Shown: positions 33,684-47,300 of the stretch, in pieces | Layout of the letters: the number at the start of each line of letters is the position of its first letter | Numbering within the stretch: position 1 is the stretch's first letter | Assembly (NCBI RefSeq): GCF_000315625.1 | Contig: NW_005434622.1 | Coordinates: 343,242 to 407,241, forward strand | From: Guillardia theta CCMP2712 | Lineage: Eukaryota > Protista > Cryptophyta | Reading direction: 5' to 3' | DNA: 64,000 nucleotides | Notes under the pieces: model-generated | The model's input: only the letters and a program-made list of their open reading frames with translations | The model's database searches: none | What the model was told of the DNA's origin: nothing | Translations under genes and position numbers: made by a program

Positions 33684-36600
33684 CTAGAATCTCCCGTCAG
33701 TCCTTGGCTTCTTCTTGCTCTTCATGGCAGCTCCCTTGGGTCTTGAAGGACGGAAGTCATCGTCATCGTCGAAGGCTTCGGCGCTGTCCATGAACCTCTG
33801 CACACTCCTGGTTTGCTCACTCCTGCTCTTGCTCACCTCCTGCTGGGAAGCTGCTTGACCCACATCGCAGTCGATAATCATGACGTTCTCCTTCTCCTCC
33901 GCCCTCTCACTTCCCCTTGCCTTGCCGACCATCGATGCACCATAGCAGCTCTGCTGGAAGGCCGAGCCTTTCTTCTCCTTGCACGACTTCGACGTGAAGT
34001 AGGACAGCAGCATGGAGCTCTTGGATTGTTCCACCTCATGCGACGCCTTAATCCTGTCAGGTCCTGTCACCGTTCCCTCCCCCTCCTCCTGCTTGCTCTA
34101 CCTTGTCTTTCCTCCCCTCTCCCCTTGGTACAGCCTCTCTGCTGGTATCAAGACCTTGCCTATCCTGTCCACGTTCTCCCTCGTAGCCGCCAAGACTTGC
34201 GCCCCCATCTCAGCGCTGCAGTGTTTGCCTGCCTCGAATGTCAGGAGAGACGACAAGGAATGCATGGTGAAGCTGCTCACAGAAGACTTTGGAGAGCACA
34301 AGTCCGTCTTGAGGGAACCAGGTGCCTTCAGGGCCTTCCGAGGGTCTTGCAGCATGTAGACTGCCCTTGACGAAGTTGCAGGATCCTGAAACGCTGAGGG
34401 ATCAGGGAGGAGGGGGCAAGGAAACAAGTCTAGACTTCACGTTCTACGTCGATGCAGTAGAAGGAGCCGCCCTTGTCATCGGCAGCTCGCGTCAGCTCCC
34501 TGACGCTGTGATGCTGGACTGTCTCTTTGACTTCCTCGAGACAGAAGTCAACGTCGACTTCTTGGCCGCAACATGACAGGAAACTCGCAGTCTCCTTCTC
34601 TATGTCAGCACAGCCTCCGCAGGCCTCTGGAGGCTCCTTGCAACAAGGATCGTCCTGCCCTCCTAGCACACACAGAGCATCTCCTGCTGAAGTACCTCCA
34701 GGCTCTGCAGAGTTCGCTCCCAATGCGGGTGGGGGTTCAGATGACTCTGGGTTCAGGGCATCGAGCAAGGACGCGGCAGCAAACTCGAATGTCATGCACT
34801 TGTTGCTCGTCTTGGTGCCGCTGGCCTTGCAGCTCGGCTCCGACTTCTCCAGCCTCTCCTTCAGCTGCTCCACATCGGCAGGCGCAAGTTGAGAGAAGAA
34901 GCCTCCCAGCCTTCCCGCGCAGTCCTCAAACGTCTTGTAGCTGCAGCAAGGGTCACACGTTTTCCTCCACCAGCCTCCACTCACTCCACTAGGCACTCCC
35001 GAACCCACTTGGACAGGTTTGACTTGATGCTGGACTTCTGCTGGTACCTTGTGTGCTGTGAGATCTCGCCCAACAGCAACGAATCCCCGTCACCTTTCAT
35101 CGAGGAAGATGATCGAACCGTAGTCGTTCACATGCCGGATGCAACGCCCGACTGCCTGCCGGGGTTCACGAGGTTCAGCTGGGACGCTGCAGCGGCGGAG
35201 TCGGAGGAAGAGAACCTGGTTGATAGCTCTGAACGCTTGTAGGGAGTACCACTCGTCTCCGTTCAGCAAGCCATCGCCAACTTTGTTGTCGTTATACGTC
35301 TTCTTCACCTTCACCTGGTACCGCAGACTGTTAGCATGACAGGCAGCAGGCCAGCTCGTCACTTTCCTTGTTGTCCATCGCGTTCGGGTAAGGAATGCCG
35401 ACGATAATGACGCCACGAGCGTTGTCATCCGCAAGGTCAATACCCTCAGACACCTTCCCTCTGCAGACAGCTAGGAAGACTGCCCCGGTCTTGGCCTTGC
35501 CGGGTGTTGGAACTTTCTGCCCGGCCTTCTTGAAGAAGCTCTTAGACGCTGCCTTCTTGGTGGCTTTCGGAGCTGCCTCTCCTTTGCTCCTTGCAATTGC
35601 ATCATAGTAGCTCTCCATGGCTCGATCGAAGTCTTCGCCAGTGCGAGGCTCTACTATGATATCTTTGACCTGCACGCAACATCAGCCTCCCAGCACAAGG
35701 TCCCAGGTACCATCAAACTTCGTCAATCTTTTCATATTGACCAGTCGCCATCCAGCGGCTCTTGACCTTCTCCAACAACCCGTAGGAGGGGAAGAAACAG
35801 AGAACCTGCAGCCGTCATGTGTCAACATCCCGACCCATCGCCCCTGCTGCTGACTCACCCCGAAAGGAATGATCTTACACAGCTCAAGGACTGCAGCCCC
35901 AAGGTTGTCTTGGTAGATCACCGAGTCCTGATGTTTGTAGCTCCCGTTGAGCTTCAGGAGGGGGTTCCCGGGCACACTGCAGACACTGCCCACGAAGACC
36001 TTGGCGACCATGTCAGGGACGAGAAGTCGTTGTCATCAAGACTTGATACCTGTTTGCTGGTGTCTATAACGTGGGGAGCCTGGTACGTCATGTGAAAGGT
36101 CGTGCCCAGCTCCGTTGCAAACGACGTGATGGGGGAGAGCGTTCCACTCGTGAGGATGACAGCCCTGCTGGAGTGTCAGCTGGGACAGAGCTCGGCTCCG
36201 GTCCACCTGGTTTGAGAGGAGACGGCCTTGAAAGCCACAGCAGGGTTGAGGCACCAAAGGCTCATGCTCAGCTCTAACTTGGCTTGGCCCGGCCTTCTCC
36301 CCCCTCGCTCCTCCCTCGTAGTTCGTTGCTCGATAGCAAGTCTGTAGTCAAACGGGTTCTGGAACAACAGCTGGGCCTGCAGGCGGAGAGTCGTGTGATT
36401 GGTGCAAAAGCTTCCACCCCCTCCAACCTTGGAGAAAATGTCCTGAACGAGCTTGAGAGACTTGGCTGGGGGCAAGGGACTTGATTCTTCTTCTCTCTGA
36501 TTCTCCACCTCGTCCAGTTTCTTGATCGCTTTCTGTAGATGACGGATCGTTATGTGGGGAGGCGTGAAGAGGGCACAGTTCACCTGAAGAAAAGAGTTCA

Positions 36601-38175
36601 AAGGTTTCAAAGTCTCTTCGTTGATTCCCGCGTTCCGAAAAACATCTGTAGCAATAAACCCTGATGTACCATGCAGATGAGATCGAGGGAGAGGAACCAA
36701 ACTCGAATACCGCTTTGGATCTTGTAAGAGTAGAGATGGTTCTGTTGAATCAGATTCTGACTTTGCTCCTTCATGTAGCTTGCTAGGTTTCGGACAACTG
36801 CATCCAGCAACATGTAGTTCTGCTTGCGAGGTCAATGGTGCGGCATAACACCCAGGACTTCACATGTGCATCTTCGGCAAACTGCATCTCCTCCCACTGT
36901 CTATTCGTTTCAACAAGATCTTCATGCTTCAGCTGCTCGCCGTCAAAATATTCTCAACAGCAGCAACCAAACGCACTGACCTCAAGGCTTGCTGCCTCCC
37001 TACACACGTCTTCGATGTTGTGAGCCTGGCATGGAAGAGAGTCAACTTGAGCTCATGATCGCGGACATGCAGGCAAGCATCCTCCCCTACCTCGTCGATG
37101 ATCACTGTGTTCCCCTCCAACTCGACCCCCATGGCGTCGCGTATCGCTGGCTCCACCTTCTCAGGCTCCATCAGGCGAGCTCGCTCAGCAGCCTCCCATC
37201 GTCACCAGGTAGTTGTACGGGCAGAAGATTACGTTGGCTCGTTTCGCAAGAGATCTCGCGGCGAAGTATGGGCATCCGTGAACCTTCTTGCCAAGAGAGA
37301 CCAAGTCTGAGGCGGAGCAAGTCACACAACCGGCAGGAGACAACAGGAGGTCGATCTCTGCCTTCGATGTCGTGGAGTCTCAACTTCCCATGGGGCTGCA
37401 GGTCCTTGTGGTTCTCCAGCCTCTGGACGCCATGGTAGAACGAGCAGCTGTTCTCTTTCAACTTCGCCTTGCCTGCGGCTCAGTCAGCTCGTTACATCCC
37501 ATGATCCCTTCCAACATTCTTCTCCCTTGGGTTTCTCCGACGCCATCACTCGAGGGTTGATGCAGTAGTGCTCACGGGATCCCAACACGCATATCCTTGG
37601 TGAATACTTCGTCTTCCTCAGCTCGCGTACCTGCACAGCACATTAGCAAGGCACCATGTCAATCTCTGCAACTCAACCAGCTGTGCTATCTGCGAGTGAG
37701 TTCTGCTGGCAAAGTAGATCTTCGGGGAGCGACGAGATTTTCTACGAGCCTTTCTGTCCTTGTCTTCCTGCCTTACATCATTGACATCGCCTTCGTTACC
37801 GCCAGCAGCTCCACCAACATCCTCATCCTCATCCTCATCCTCATCCTCATCCTCATCCATGTCGTCGTCGTCATCATGCATAGGATCCATGCCATGGAGG
37901 CCATTGAGATCATTGTCGCCTTCGGGTCTGAGCTGTCCCTGCTGCTGCTGCTCCCTCTCTGCAGCTTGCAGCCATGCTGAGACTGCGCACAGGAGGCTAA
38001 GGCTCTTCCCAGATCCTGTTGGCAATTCAAGCAGCACGTTCTTCTCGTTCCTCAGTGCGAAAATGGTCTTATCCATCATCGCCAGCTGTGAAGAGTATGG
38101 AGTGTGAGGAAAGTTCACCTCGCACCCTCGGATGTGCAAGGCCCTTGATACCTCCTGACTCGCCATGGTGGTCAT
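33684..38175 (-). CDS. BRIP1: Fe-S DEAH helicase of the XPD family, FANCJ/BRIP1-like
   Basis: [134 protein letters not shown]. The SQLAMM motif favours FANCJ over RTEL1. Confidence 0.85.
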
Positions 38176-38404
38176 GAACTGAGCAGGCTCAAGGATCTAC
38201 ACTGATATGTCACACATGATGAATCTTGATCGCTCCTCTCATTCTGATCGCTCCTCTCATCTCGATCGTTCTTCGTCTTCTTTCATGTGGCCCATGTTCG
38301 CCTTCCATCGCTCATCCTCATGGTTTGAGGTCAGAAGGGCGAATGCGCGGCTTTGCGTCTTGAGTACGTTCGACTCAGGGTTCAGGCTTGAAAATCCTAT
38401 CATA

Positions 38405-39145
38405 TGACTCGGCCGGGCCCCGCCGGGGCCCGGCGGGGCCGGGACTCGCCGGGACTCCTGTGCCGTGCCCGGGGCCGCGGCCCCGCCCGGCATGACTCGG
38501 AATGATCGGATGATCATCCCGGCCCGCCGGGGCGAGTCCGATCGCAGCATGGCATCACACGACTCAGCCTGAGTCGACTCGCCCGGGCCGGGGCCCGGCC
38601 CCGCCCGTCACACGGTACTACCGTTCGGTAGCCCGGCCGCCCCCGGCGGCCGCGAGCCTCGGACCTCACTGACAGCCGTGACGGTGCAATCATGTGAATC
38701 CGATCCGAGCAGTGTTACCGGGCGTACGGTACTGAGTACTACGGGCCCTGCAGGCTGCCAGCGGAGGCTGAGTGACCAACCGTGACTGGCAAACCGGGCG
38801 GCACTGTCGGGGGGCCGTCTCAGGTCCGGGGCGGGCGAACTTCCGAAGCCTCCGTCAAGTTTCGAGCGAAGGACAACGAAGTTGGGGCCACCGTGACTGA
38901 AGCCTCCGTAAAGCAACTTGCGGCAAGTTGAACGGACTCGCCCTTCCGAAAGGTTCCGACGAACGCGGCGTGACGGTGGCAGGATTGATACCTGAAGCCT
39001 CGCAGGCTCCCGGCGGGCACCGGGCTCAGCGGCTCGAAGTGCCGGGCACCGGCGCCGGGCGCGGCCGGCGGCGGCAGCCTCGGCCGGGCCGTCCGAGGCT
39101 CCGAGCGGTCCGTGTCCGATTCCCATCACGGGCCCGCCCCGCGAG
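38405..39145. other. GC-rich, palindrome-dense island between divergent FANCJ and CEP19
   Basis: GACTCGGCCGGGCCCCGCCGGGGCCCGG, GACTCAGCCTGAGTC, GTACTGAGTAC and similar; no credible ORF. Confidence 0.75.
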
Positions 39146-39233
39146 ATTGTGATTCATATGGGCTGAGGGCAGCAACTCTCTATTATCAGAGGGTTCTAGT
39201 AGTTGAACATGTGGTTTTGAAATTCAACTTTAC

Positions 39234-41184
39234 ATGGCGGGGAAGGCGAAGCTGGTGCCGTTGCCAAGGTAGGATGGTGAGAGGAAGGGAGGGAGGAGAA
39301 GGCGAACATGGAAGAGGAAGGAGAGGGAGGAGAAGGAGAACATGGAAGAGGAGGGAGGGGGAGGCAGAGGCAGAGGTAGAGGAAGAGGAAGAGGAAAACA
39401 GGAACAGAAAGAGGCAGAGAGGGGAGAAAGGGAAATCTGAGAGAGCGAGGTAGGCAACAAGGGAGGGATATTCACAGGAGGAACACGATCGAGGAAGGGT
39501 GAGATAGAAGGGGAGGAGGAAGAAGAAGATGTCAATGGTCTGAAATGAGACGAGAGGAGCGATACAGACCGTGCAGATGAGATGAAACGCACCAAGCTTT
39601 GTTAGCATGTTATCAGGACTAAACAATGGGAGGGAACATGTGAGGTTGGGAGCAGAGAACGATGATTTTGAACAAGAACTTGGGTAAGAAGAAGCTAAGA
39701 CTCTTTCAGGAGACTGCCGGAGCATCAAGGTCAAGATGCGAAGGAGGAAACGAACTTGAACGCAGAAGGTTGGCGAATTACATCGAATTCCTGCTCTTTG
39801 ACGGTTCAATGTGCAGAAGCCAAGAAGAGTCAGGGCAAGACGAGAGACTTGATCCAGCCAAGACGAGTAGCCATCAAGTTTGCTACCAAGACCATGGTCT
39901 TTGAGTACGTCGATGGGAACACGGTCAGCATGTACACGTAGTTACTTTCTTTCTGATGCCTCCGTCAGGGCAAGCTCAGGCATCGCAGCTTTCGTATCGA
40001 CATGGAGAGGTTTGAGAGCTGCGAGCAGTGCGAGAGGAAATTCTGGAGCAAGTTGAGCCGAACCATCGTTCCGAACTCCGTCAACCGCGATCAGATCAAG
40101 AGCTTGATCGCCAAGTTGTACCTGCAGGAGAAATCTTTGAACCCAGGTAAGTGGCGGAGGAGACAGAGACTTGCGTTGAGCTCTGCTGCAGATGCAGATG
40201 AGCTGGAGGATGCGACGAAACACTTCATGAACGCTGAGGTGACATCCCCGCTCAAGTCCTCGACGTTGCCTTCCCTTCATGGTCAGAGCTCGGCCTCGAG
40301 CGACAGAAAGAGCGAGATCGGCCGGCAAGAAAAAGAAGTCAAGGAGGAGAAGAGAGAGGAAAGGAAGAGGGAGGAAGAGGAGGCACAGGAAGAGGCCGCA
40401 GCAAACACCACGAGCAGTCAAGTTGACGCTACAAAGATTCTCCATGATGCAAAACCAGCGCATGCTGCCGACAAACCCGTATGACGTCAGCACTCGTAAA
40501 ACCCTTCTGATTGAATTTAACGGCAGGAGAGAGCCGAGGACAAAGCGACCACGAGCAAGGAGGTGTCGCTGGATAACAGGTGAGAGATGAGAAGTTGCGA
40601 GGGAGAGTGACGAGACTCTCGCCAGCATTATAGAGGATGAAGACATTCCTGATTATGCCGACGACTTTGAGGACGAGGAAGCAGATTCAGAATATGTGAG
40701 AAGATCGATGGAAACAGTCAAGTCAAGTCATGCTTGTTTTCAGAAGCCGGGTGGTAGGACAGGGAAAGAGAAGGACGGGGAGGAGGATACAGAAAAGCTG
40801 GACAAGGTGAAGAAGAGGGATCTTGACCTGCAAAGAGTCGACGAGGTCTTGTTTTGCCTTGTAAGTGTTTCTCTATCTCACGAACAACCAGAACGAATTG
40901 TTGGAATACAAGCAACTCATGAACATCGAGTTTGAGAAGAACGCAATCAAACCAGGCGATCCAAATTGGAAGTATGACGTACAGGTGCGCCTCCTGAAAC
41001 CTCCTCTTTCCTCTTCCACCCCCTTTCACCTGCTCAACCCACAATCTCTCGCTCCCTCGCTCCCTCACTCGCTCCTTCCCCTTCACTGTTGATCTCAGTT
41101 CATCAGGTCGAGTTTTCTGACCCGGAGGAGAATGCCAGCTGGGACGAGGAGGATGACTCGCCGGACGAGACAACCTTTGATTGA
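39234..41184 (+). CDS. CEP19: Centrosomal protein CEP19 homolog with acidic insertion
   Basis: IQPRRVAIKFATKTMVFEY.../GKLRHRSFRI... and DLQRVDE/NELLEYKQLMNIEFEKNAIKPGDPNWKYDVQ/VEF...ASWDEEDD match the CEP19 N- and C-terminal blocks ([39 protein letters not shown]...WD). First exon inferred from phase. Confidence 0.85.
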
Positions 41185-41301
41185 ATTCAAACATCAACGA
41201 CTTGTTCCCTCCTTCTTCGCCCCTTCCCCTCCCTCTCTCCTCTCTCTCTCCTCCTTCGCTCCCCCTCCTCGCTTGTCCTTCTTCCTCGTCCTCGTCCTCC
41301 A

Positions 41302-44300
41302 TCACTTCCCCTGCAGGCGAATCGTCCTTGCGAGTCGAAGTGCCTCCAGCTGGAACAAGGGGGTCAGAGGGGATGGGAGGCAGCACACTACGAAGGCGGG
41401 GGAGAGGAGAGAGGAGGGGGGAGGAAGAGTTCAGAGGAGCAGGAGGGCATAGGCTGAGCATGTCAGTCACCTGCTGCTGCAGCCTCACGATCGTCCCATC
41501 TCCCAGCGTCTCCCGCTTGTCCTGCATGCGCGTCAGCTCAGCCCGAGGCTCCGCCATCGTCTCACGTCCTCCCGCAGCAGCGCGACCTGGACCCGGGCAG
41601 CGGCACGGGAGAGACCTTGATCATAGAGCGACTCCTGCGACAGGGTGAGAGGCTCCTCCCTCAGGACGCGTCCCCCACCTCCAGTTCTCCTCCTCCCCTC
41701 TCTCCCGCGCTAGCTCTCGACGAGTCCTTGAGCTCGTCGACAGCCTTGAGGTCTCTGCGCAGCGTGTCGACGAGGTGCTGCGAGGAGTCAGCTGGGCAAG
41801 CGCAGGTGGGCGTCTGCTCACCTTGCAGTACTGGAGCTCGTCCTGCAGCGAGTGGAGCCGTTCCTCCTTCTCCTCGAATTCGCTCTTCTTGAGCACCACG
41901 ACATCCAGCTCCTCCTCCTCCTCCTCCTCCATCGCCATGCGCCGCAGCTGCTCGATCGCCTTCCTCTCCCACCCCTCCTGGCCCTGCGAGCTCAGGCTTC
42001 TCTCCCTCGCGTGCAGCTGAGCCTGCGATGCTCCGATGGCCTCGTGGAGCCGCAGCAGCCGCCTCTCCTCCTCCTCCAGCCTCATCTCGAGCTCCGACTT
42101 GCGCTGCTCGAGCTTGCCAATCATCATCTGCAGTGTCCCGACCTCCTCCTGCCTCCCCTTCGCCTGCCGGTCAACCAGGGCGAGCTTGCGGGATAGCTCC
42201 AGCACCTGTGCGCTCCTGTCCTCTCGCTCCTTCTCTATCCTCTCAGCCTCCTCTCGCACCTCCTGCGCTGCTCTCTCCGCGGCGTTCTGCTGTTCCCTGA
42301 GGACTTGCACCCTGCTCTCTGCCTGCAGCAGCTCCTGCTCGGCCTCGAATCGCTTCTGCCGGACAACTAGAGCCTTCTCCTCCTCCTGCACCTTCAGCTC
42401 GTGCAGAGCCTTCAGCTCCTTCTTCATCTGCTTGCAAGTCAGAGTCGAGATAGCTCTCTCCTCCCTCCCTTCAGCGCTACCTGGTCCACCTGCTCCTCAT
42501 GGCGGTGGGTGCTGGCAGACGCCTCTTCTTCCGCCTTCTTCCTCAGCCTGCCCTTCCTCCCCTCGAGCTCGGAGATCTCTCGCTCTATCTGCAGAGACAG
42601 GCCCGTCACTCACAGGGAAACAACTTCTTCCTCCACCGTACCTGAGCTGCCCTCCTCCTCCTCTCCTCCTCCATCTCGTCTATCCTCTGCTGCGAGACAG
42701 ACAGCCTCTCCTGAAGGCTCCCGCAGGTCTCTCTCAACGACTCCAGCTCCCTCCTCTTCTCCTCCATCCCGGCTGACATCTCCCGCTGCTCCCGCTCCAG
42801 CCGCTGGAGCTCTCCTCGCTTCTGACGGACCTGTGACTGCAGGTCCGAGAGTACCTCCTCCAGCCTCCCCACCTCCTCCTGGAACTCTCGCCTCGACGCT
42901 CTCAGGCTCTGCAGCGAGTCGCTCAGCAGCCTGCACACGTCACTCTCTCCCTCTCCCTCCATGGGCTGGAAACTTTCAAACTTCAGGTCCAACAACTTCT
43001 GCGCGTCGAAACTTTCGTTGTCCCTCCCCGCCAAACCTCCCATGGGCACCCTAGAGAGCTCCAGCATTTCGCTCCTCATCCCCCTCAGCTGCTCCCTCAG
43101 CCGGTGCGCGTGCTCCCTCTCCACCCGGTTCTGCTCCTCCAGCTCGAAACTCCTCAGCCTCGTCTCCTCGAGCTCCTCCGAGGCCGAGTTGATCTTCCTC
43201 CTTGTCTCCTCCAGCTCCTTCTTCCTCCCCTCCAGCTGGATCTCGGCGCTGGCAAGCTCCTGGCAGGCTTCCCTCAGCCTCTCCTCCTCTTCCTCCGTCA
43301 TCCTCTTCCTCCTGTTCAGCTCATCCCTTGCACGCTCGACCTCGTCCTCTACCGCGCTCAGCATGTCTTGCGAGCGAACGACCTCGTCCCTGACTGACGT
43401 GAGCGAGGCAGCCAGGTCCTCCTTCTCTGCTCCGAGGCGCCGCAGTACCATCCTCTCCTCCAAAATCAGCTCCTTGATCGACTTGAGCTCCTTCCGCACC
43501 TCCTCCCTGGACGTGTTCATGTCGGTCTCCATCGCTGCCTTCCTCTCTCTCAAGGCCTTCAGCTCCTCCTCTACCTCTTGGGACCTTCTCTCCGAGTCTG
43601 CGATCCTTGCGGTCTCATCGCTCAGGGTAGACTCGAGCTCCTTCATCCTCTCCTTGTGAAACTCCTCCGCCTCCCGCTTGCACGCAGAGAGCCTCTGCAG
43701 GAACGAATGCAAGTCTGCTTGCCCAGCCTCCCTCTCCCTCTCCCACTGGCTCCTCTCCGAGGCCAGCGAGTCGTGGAGGAGCCGGCGATCATCCTCCACC
43801 ATGCTCCTCGTCCTCGTCAGCTCCTCCTGCAGCCTTTCTACTTGGCTTGCAGCTCCTTGCAAGGCTCCATCGACCTTGTCCACGATCTTCTCTGAGAGGG
43901 CAATCTCCATCCGCTGTCTCTCCGTCACCTCTCTCTGCTTCTTCACCTCGTGATCGAGCTCCGCTAGGCTCTGCCTTGCTCGCTGCTCGTCCAGCTGAAG
44001 CTCCTCCAGCTCGACCCTCGACTCGTCGACTTGCGATCGCACGTCGTGGAGGCTCCGGGACACGTCCAGGAGCGTCTCGTTCAGCATGATAACCTGCTGG
44101 CTCTTCTCCTCGCTGTCTCCCTGCAGACCCTCAACATCAGCGCGGACGACTCCGACATCGGTCACGATGCCCTCCAACTCTCTGCAGAGCACCTTCACTC
44201 GGTCAGAGTGCGAGAGGGTGGTTCGCTCCATCTGTTGCCTCAGTTCCAACATGACCAGCGACAGCTGCTCGAACTCCGCCGACTTCCTCCCGATCGACCT

Positions 44301-47300
44301 CTCCATCTCCGTGAGCTGCGTCTCCTTCAAGCTCGCATGGAACATCCTCTTTGACACCTCGTCCGACAGCTCCTCTGCCTCTCGCCGCACCCTGTCTAGG
44401 ATCGACTCGTGGATCTCCAGCTCCGCCTTCTTGCAGTTCACCTGTGCCGAAGATTGGCTTGTCAGAAACAGAGTGAGCGGAAAGGATGGGAAGAGAAGGG
44501 AGAGGGAGAGAGAAGAGGAGGGAGGGAGAGAGTCAGGGAGGGAGGGAGGGGGAGGGAGGAGGTCAGAGTAGGAGGGAGGAGGAAGGGGACGAAGAGACTT
44601 TCACTACCTGACGCTGTTTGTGATCGAGAGTTCCTTTCATCTCTTCAGCAGCTCTCAACATTCTCAGGACCTGATCTTCACACCTCCCAACAACGACTTC
44701 CAGTTTCTCCGCCTCCCTCTCCATGAAGTCCTCCCAGACCCGGATGTCGTCCGCCTGCTTGCGGGCTACCTCTGTCACTTCCCTCACTTGCTGCAGCTGG
44801 CTGTCCGCGACTTGCTTCTCAACTTTCACCTCGCGCAAGGCGTCAGCCAAGGAGCTCATCTCCTGCAGCATCTTCGTCTTTGACTGCAGCTCTTGTTCCA
44901 CCTGCCAACAAAGTTCATCTCCCCTTATCCCCGGCACCTCAATCTCACCTGCGCGAGCTTGTCCTCAAGCTGCGCAAGCTCCGCCTGCCTCGAGCTGTAC
45001 AGCTCACAAATCTCTGACGCAAGGTGGTCAGCGTGATCGACTGTCCTGTCCAGTTCCTTGAGCTGCAGGGTCCGCTCCGCGACCCTCTGCTCCAGCCGCT
45101 CTACCCGCAGCTCAATCTCCCGTTTCGACTCGCCGATGGCATTCAGGACAAGCTGCAGCTGGGGCTGACCTGACAGCCTCTGCTGTCCCCTCTGTTCCCT
45201 CAGTCTGCCCTCCTCTTCCTCCTCCTCGACCAGCCCGTCCTCGCTCTCGTAGCTGGAGATAGAGAAGTCAAGATCGGCCCCATGCAGAGACCTGCACGAC
45301 ATGGGCCGGCCCAGCTCAGCCTCCCCGTCTATCAAAGACCGCAGAGTTGACCCGAGGGCTTGCGAGGCTCTGACGAGGTCTCGCTCGATCGCGTCCCTCT
45401 GATCCTCAAGATGGCCGACCTCTTCTCGTTGCTCCAGCACAACCCCAGCAAGGGCTCGATGCTCGTCCTCAAGGCCCGTCAGCTGCTCTCGGAGGGATCC
45501 TGACTGCTCGGACATGGCAGCTGCTTCGAACAAGATCTCCTGAACCAGCGAGCTGATACTGACTGACATAGCGTAAACCTGACGAAGCGTCAAGGTGACC
45601 TGCTCCTTGCGGCTGATGGAGCCCTCCAGCTCCGAGCACGTCTTGATGAGAAACTGCCTGATTTGATGAAGGCAAGACGACATCGTTTCAAATGAAACCA
45701 TGGAGCTGTCCAGACCATCAAGTACCGAGCACGTCAACTGAACACAATCGAGATGCGATGAGCTCAAAACCAAAAAATTATCATAAAGATGACCAACATC
45801 TACAAGCATCTCCCCTGCCGTGTCCCTTACGTGCCTGTACAGCCCCTGTACATGCTCCACGCCAAGCTCGAGCTCCCGGTGCTCCCTCCTGCGGTCCTCC
45901 ACCGCTGACCGCAGCCTCGCCTCCTCCTCCTGTAGCTGCCGTAGCCCTGCTGCCCCTCTCGACCAGCTCGCTCCTGCTTCCTTCTGCTCCGTCTCCAGCG
46001 CCCGCAGCTCCTCAAGCATCTCCCCTGCCGTGTCCCTTACGTGCCTGTACAGCCCCTGTACATGCTCCACGCCAAGCTCGAGCTCCCGGTGCTCCCTCCT
46101 GCGGTCCTCCACCGCTGACCGCAGCCTCGCCTCCTCCTCCTGTAGCTGCCGTAGCCCTGCTGCCCCTCTCGACCAGCTCGCTCCTGCTTCCTTCTGCTCC
46201 GTCTCCAGCGCCCGCAGCTCCTCAAGCATCTCCCCTGCCGTGTCCCTTACGTGCCTGTACAGCCCCTGTACATGCTCCACGCCAAGCTCGAGCTCCCGGT
46301 GCTTCTTTCTCATGTCTTGTGTTGTTGTTTTCAGTTGTATATTTTCTTGATGCAATTGTTTGTTCAGCCTGAGTAACAACTGGGTCTTTTGTATCTCGCC
46401 TTGAATCTTGTTGAATTGTTCGTCCAGAGGTTTTTGGAAGGTAAAGGCATCGTTGCATATCTCGTAAATTTGAGATCGCAAGGTGATGACGTCTTGATTC
46501 AATCTGTGCAAAAAGGCTTGCTGACTTTGCGCGCTCTGATACTTGATTGCATGCAGGTTTTGCAGCGATTTGATGTTCTGTTGCAACCTTTCGTTCTCCT
46601 TCATCAAGAGAGTTCTCTGGGATTGCAGAGCTCTGCAGTCTTCTTTTATCGTATGATACTGATGTTCAGAAGTGTCCTGCCCTGTCACGTTCATGTCCTT
46701 CATCGTGGCATTGTTTGCCAAAGAGATTTCTTGCTTTCTCTTTTGATACTCGATTTCAAACCCCTTCAATTCTTCTATCAGCCCGTTGGTGTGTGGGATC
46801 AGCTCTGACATGATCAACTGCAAGAGAGCACATTATGATCGAGGAGAGACAGAAGTTCCTTTCACCTTCACTTCTTGCAGGCATGCCCTGCTGCGTCCTA
46901 TCTCGTCTGCAACTGACTCAAATTCGTCTCTGCAGCCTATCAACTCAAGTTGCTGCCATTGCGAGCAGGTCAGGGAGGCCACGTCATCAGCTGAGCTTCT
47001 TCACCTTCAACTTGAGCTGCGACTCTTCATGACGGACTCTCTGCTTCACCTTCTCGACCTCCACCTGCCCCTCAGCTTTCTGCGCTTCCAGAGCCCAGCA
47101 GGTCTCTGAAAGGGAGAAAAGACTCGCCTTGGCGAGCAAGGTCAGAGCAAGTCAAGAGTGAATCGTCGGGGGGTACCTGCATCTCCTCCGCACTCGTTAC
47201 AATCCTGTCGAGGTCCCTCGTAGAAACATCGCTCGCCGACAACAACCTGCAGTGAACAGCCTCGAGGGTTCCGATCAGCTGCTCGACGCTCTCCATTACA

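Noticed and set aside
38228-38275. 18-bp tandem repeat upstream of FANCJ (similar small duplications at 4066-4099 and 62872-62906)
   Set aside because: Ordinary slippage duplications with no further structure.
40718-41557. 279-aa minus-strand ORF overlapping CEP19
   Set aside because: Read-through of the last centriolin-like intron and purine-rich 3' UTR; the spliced model stops at 41302.
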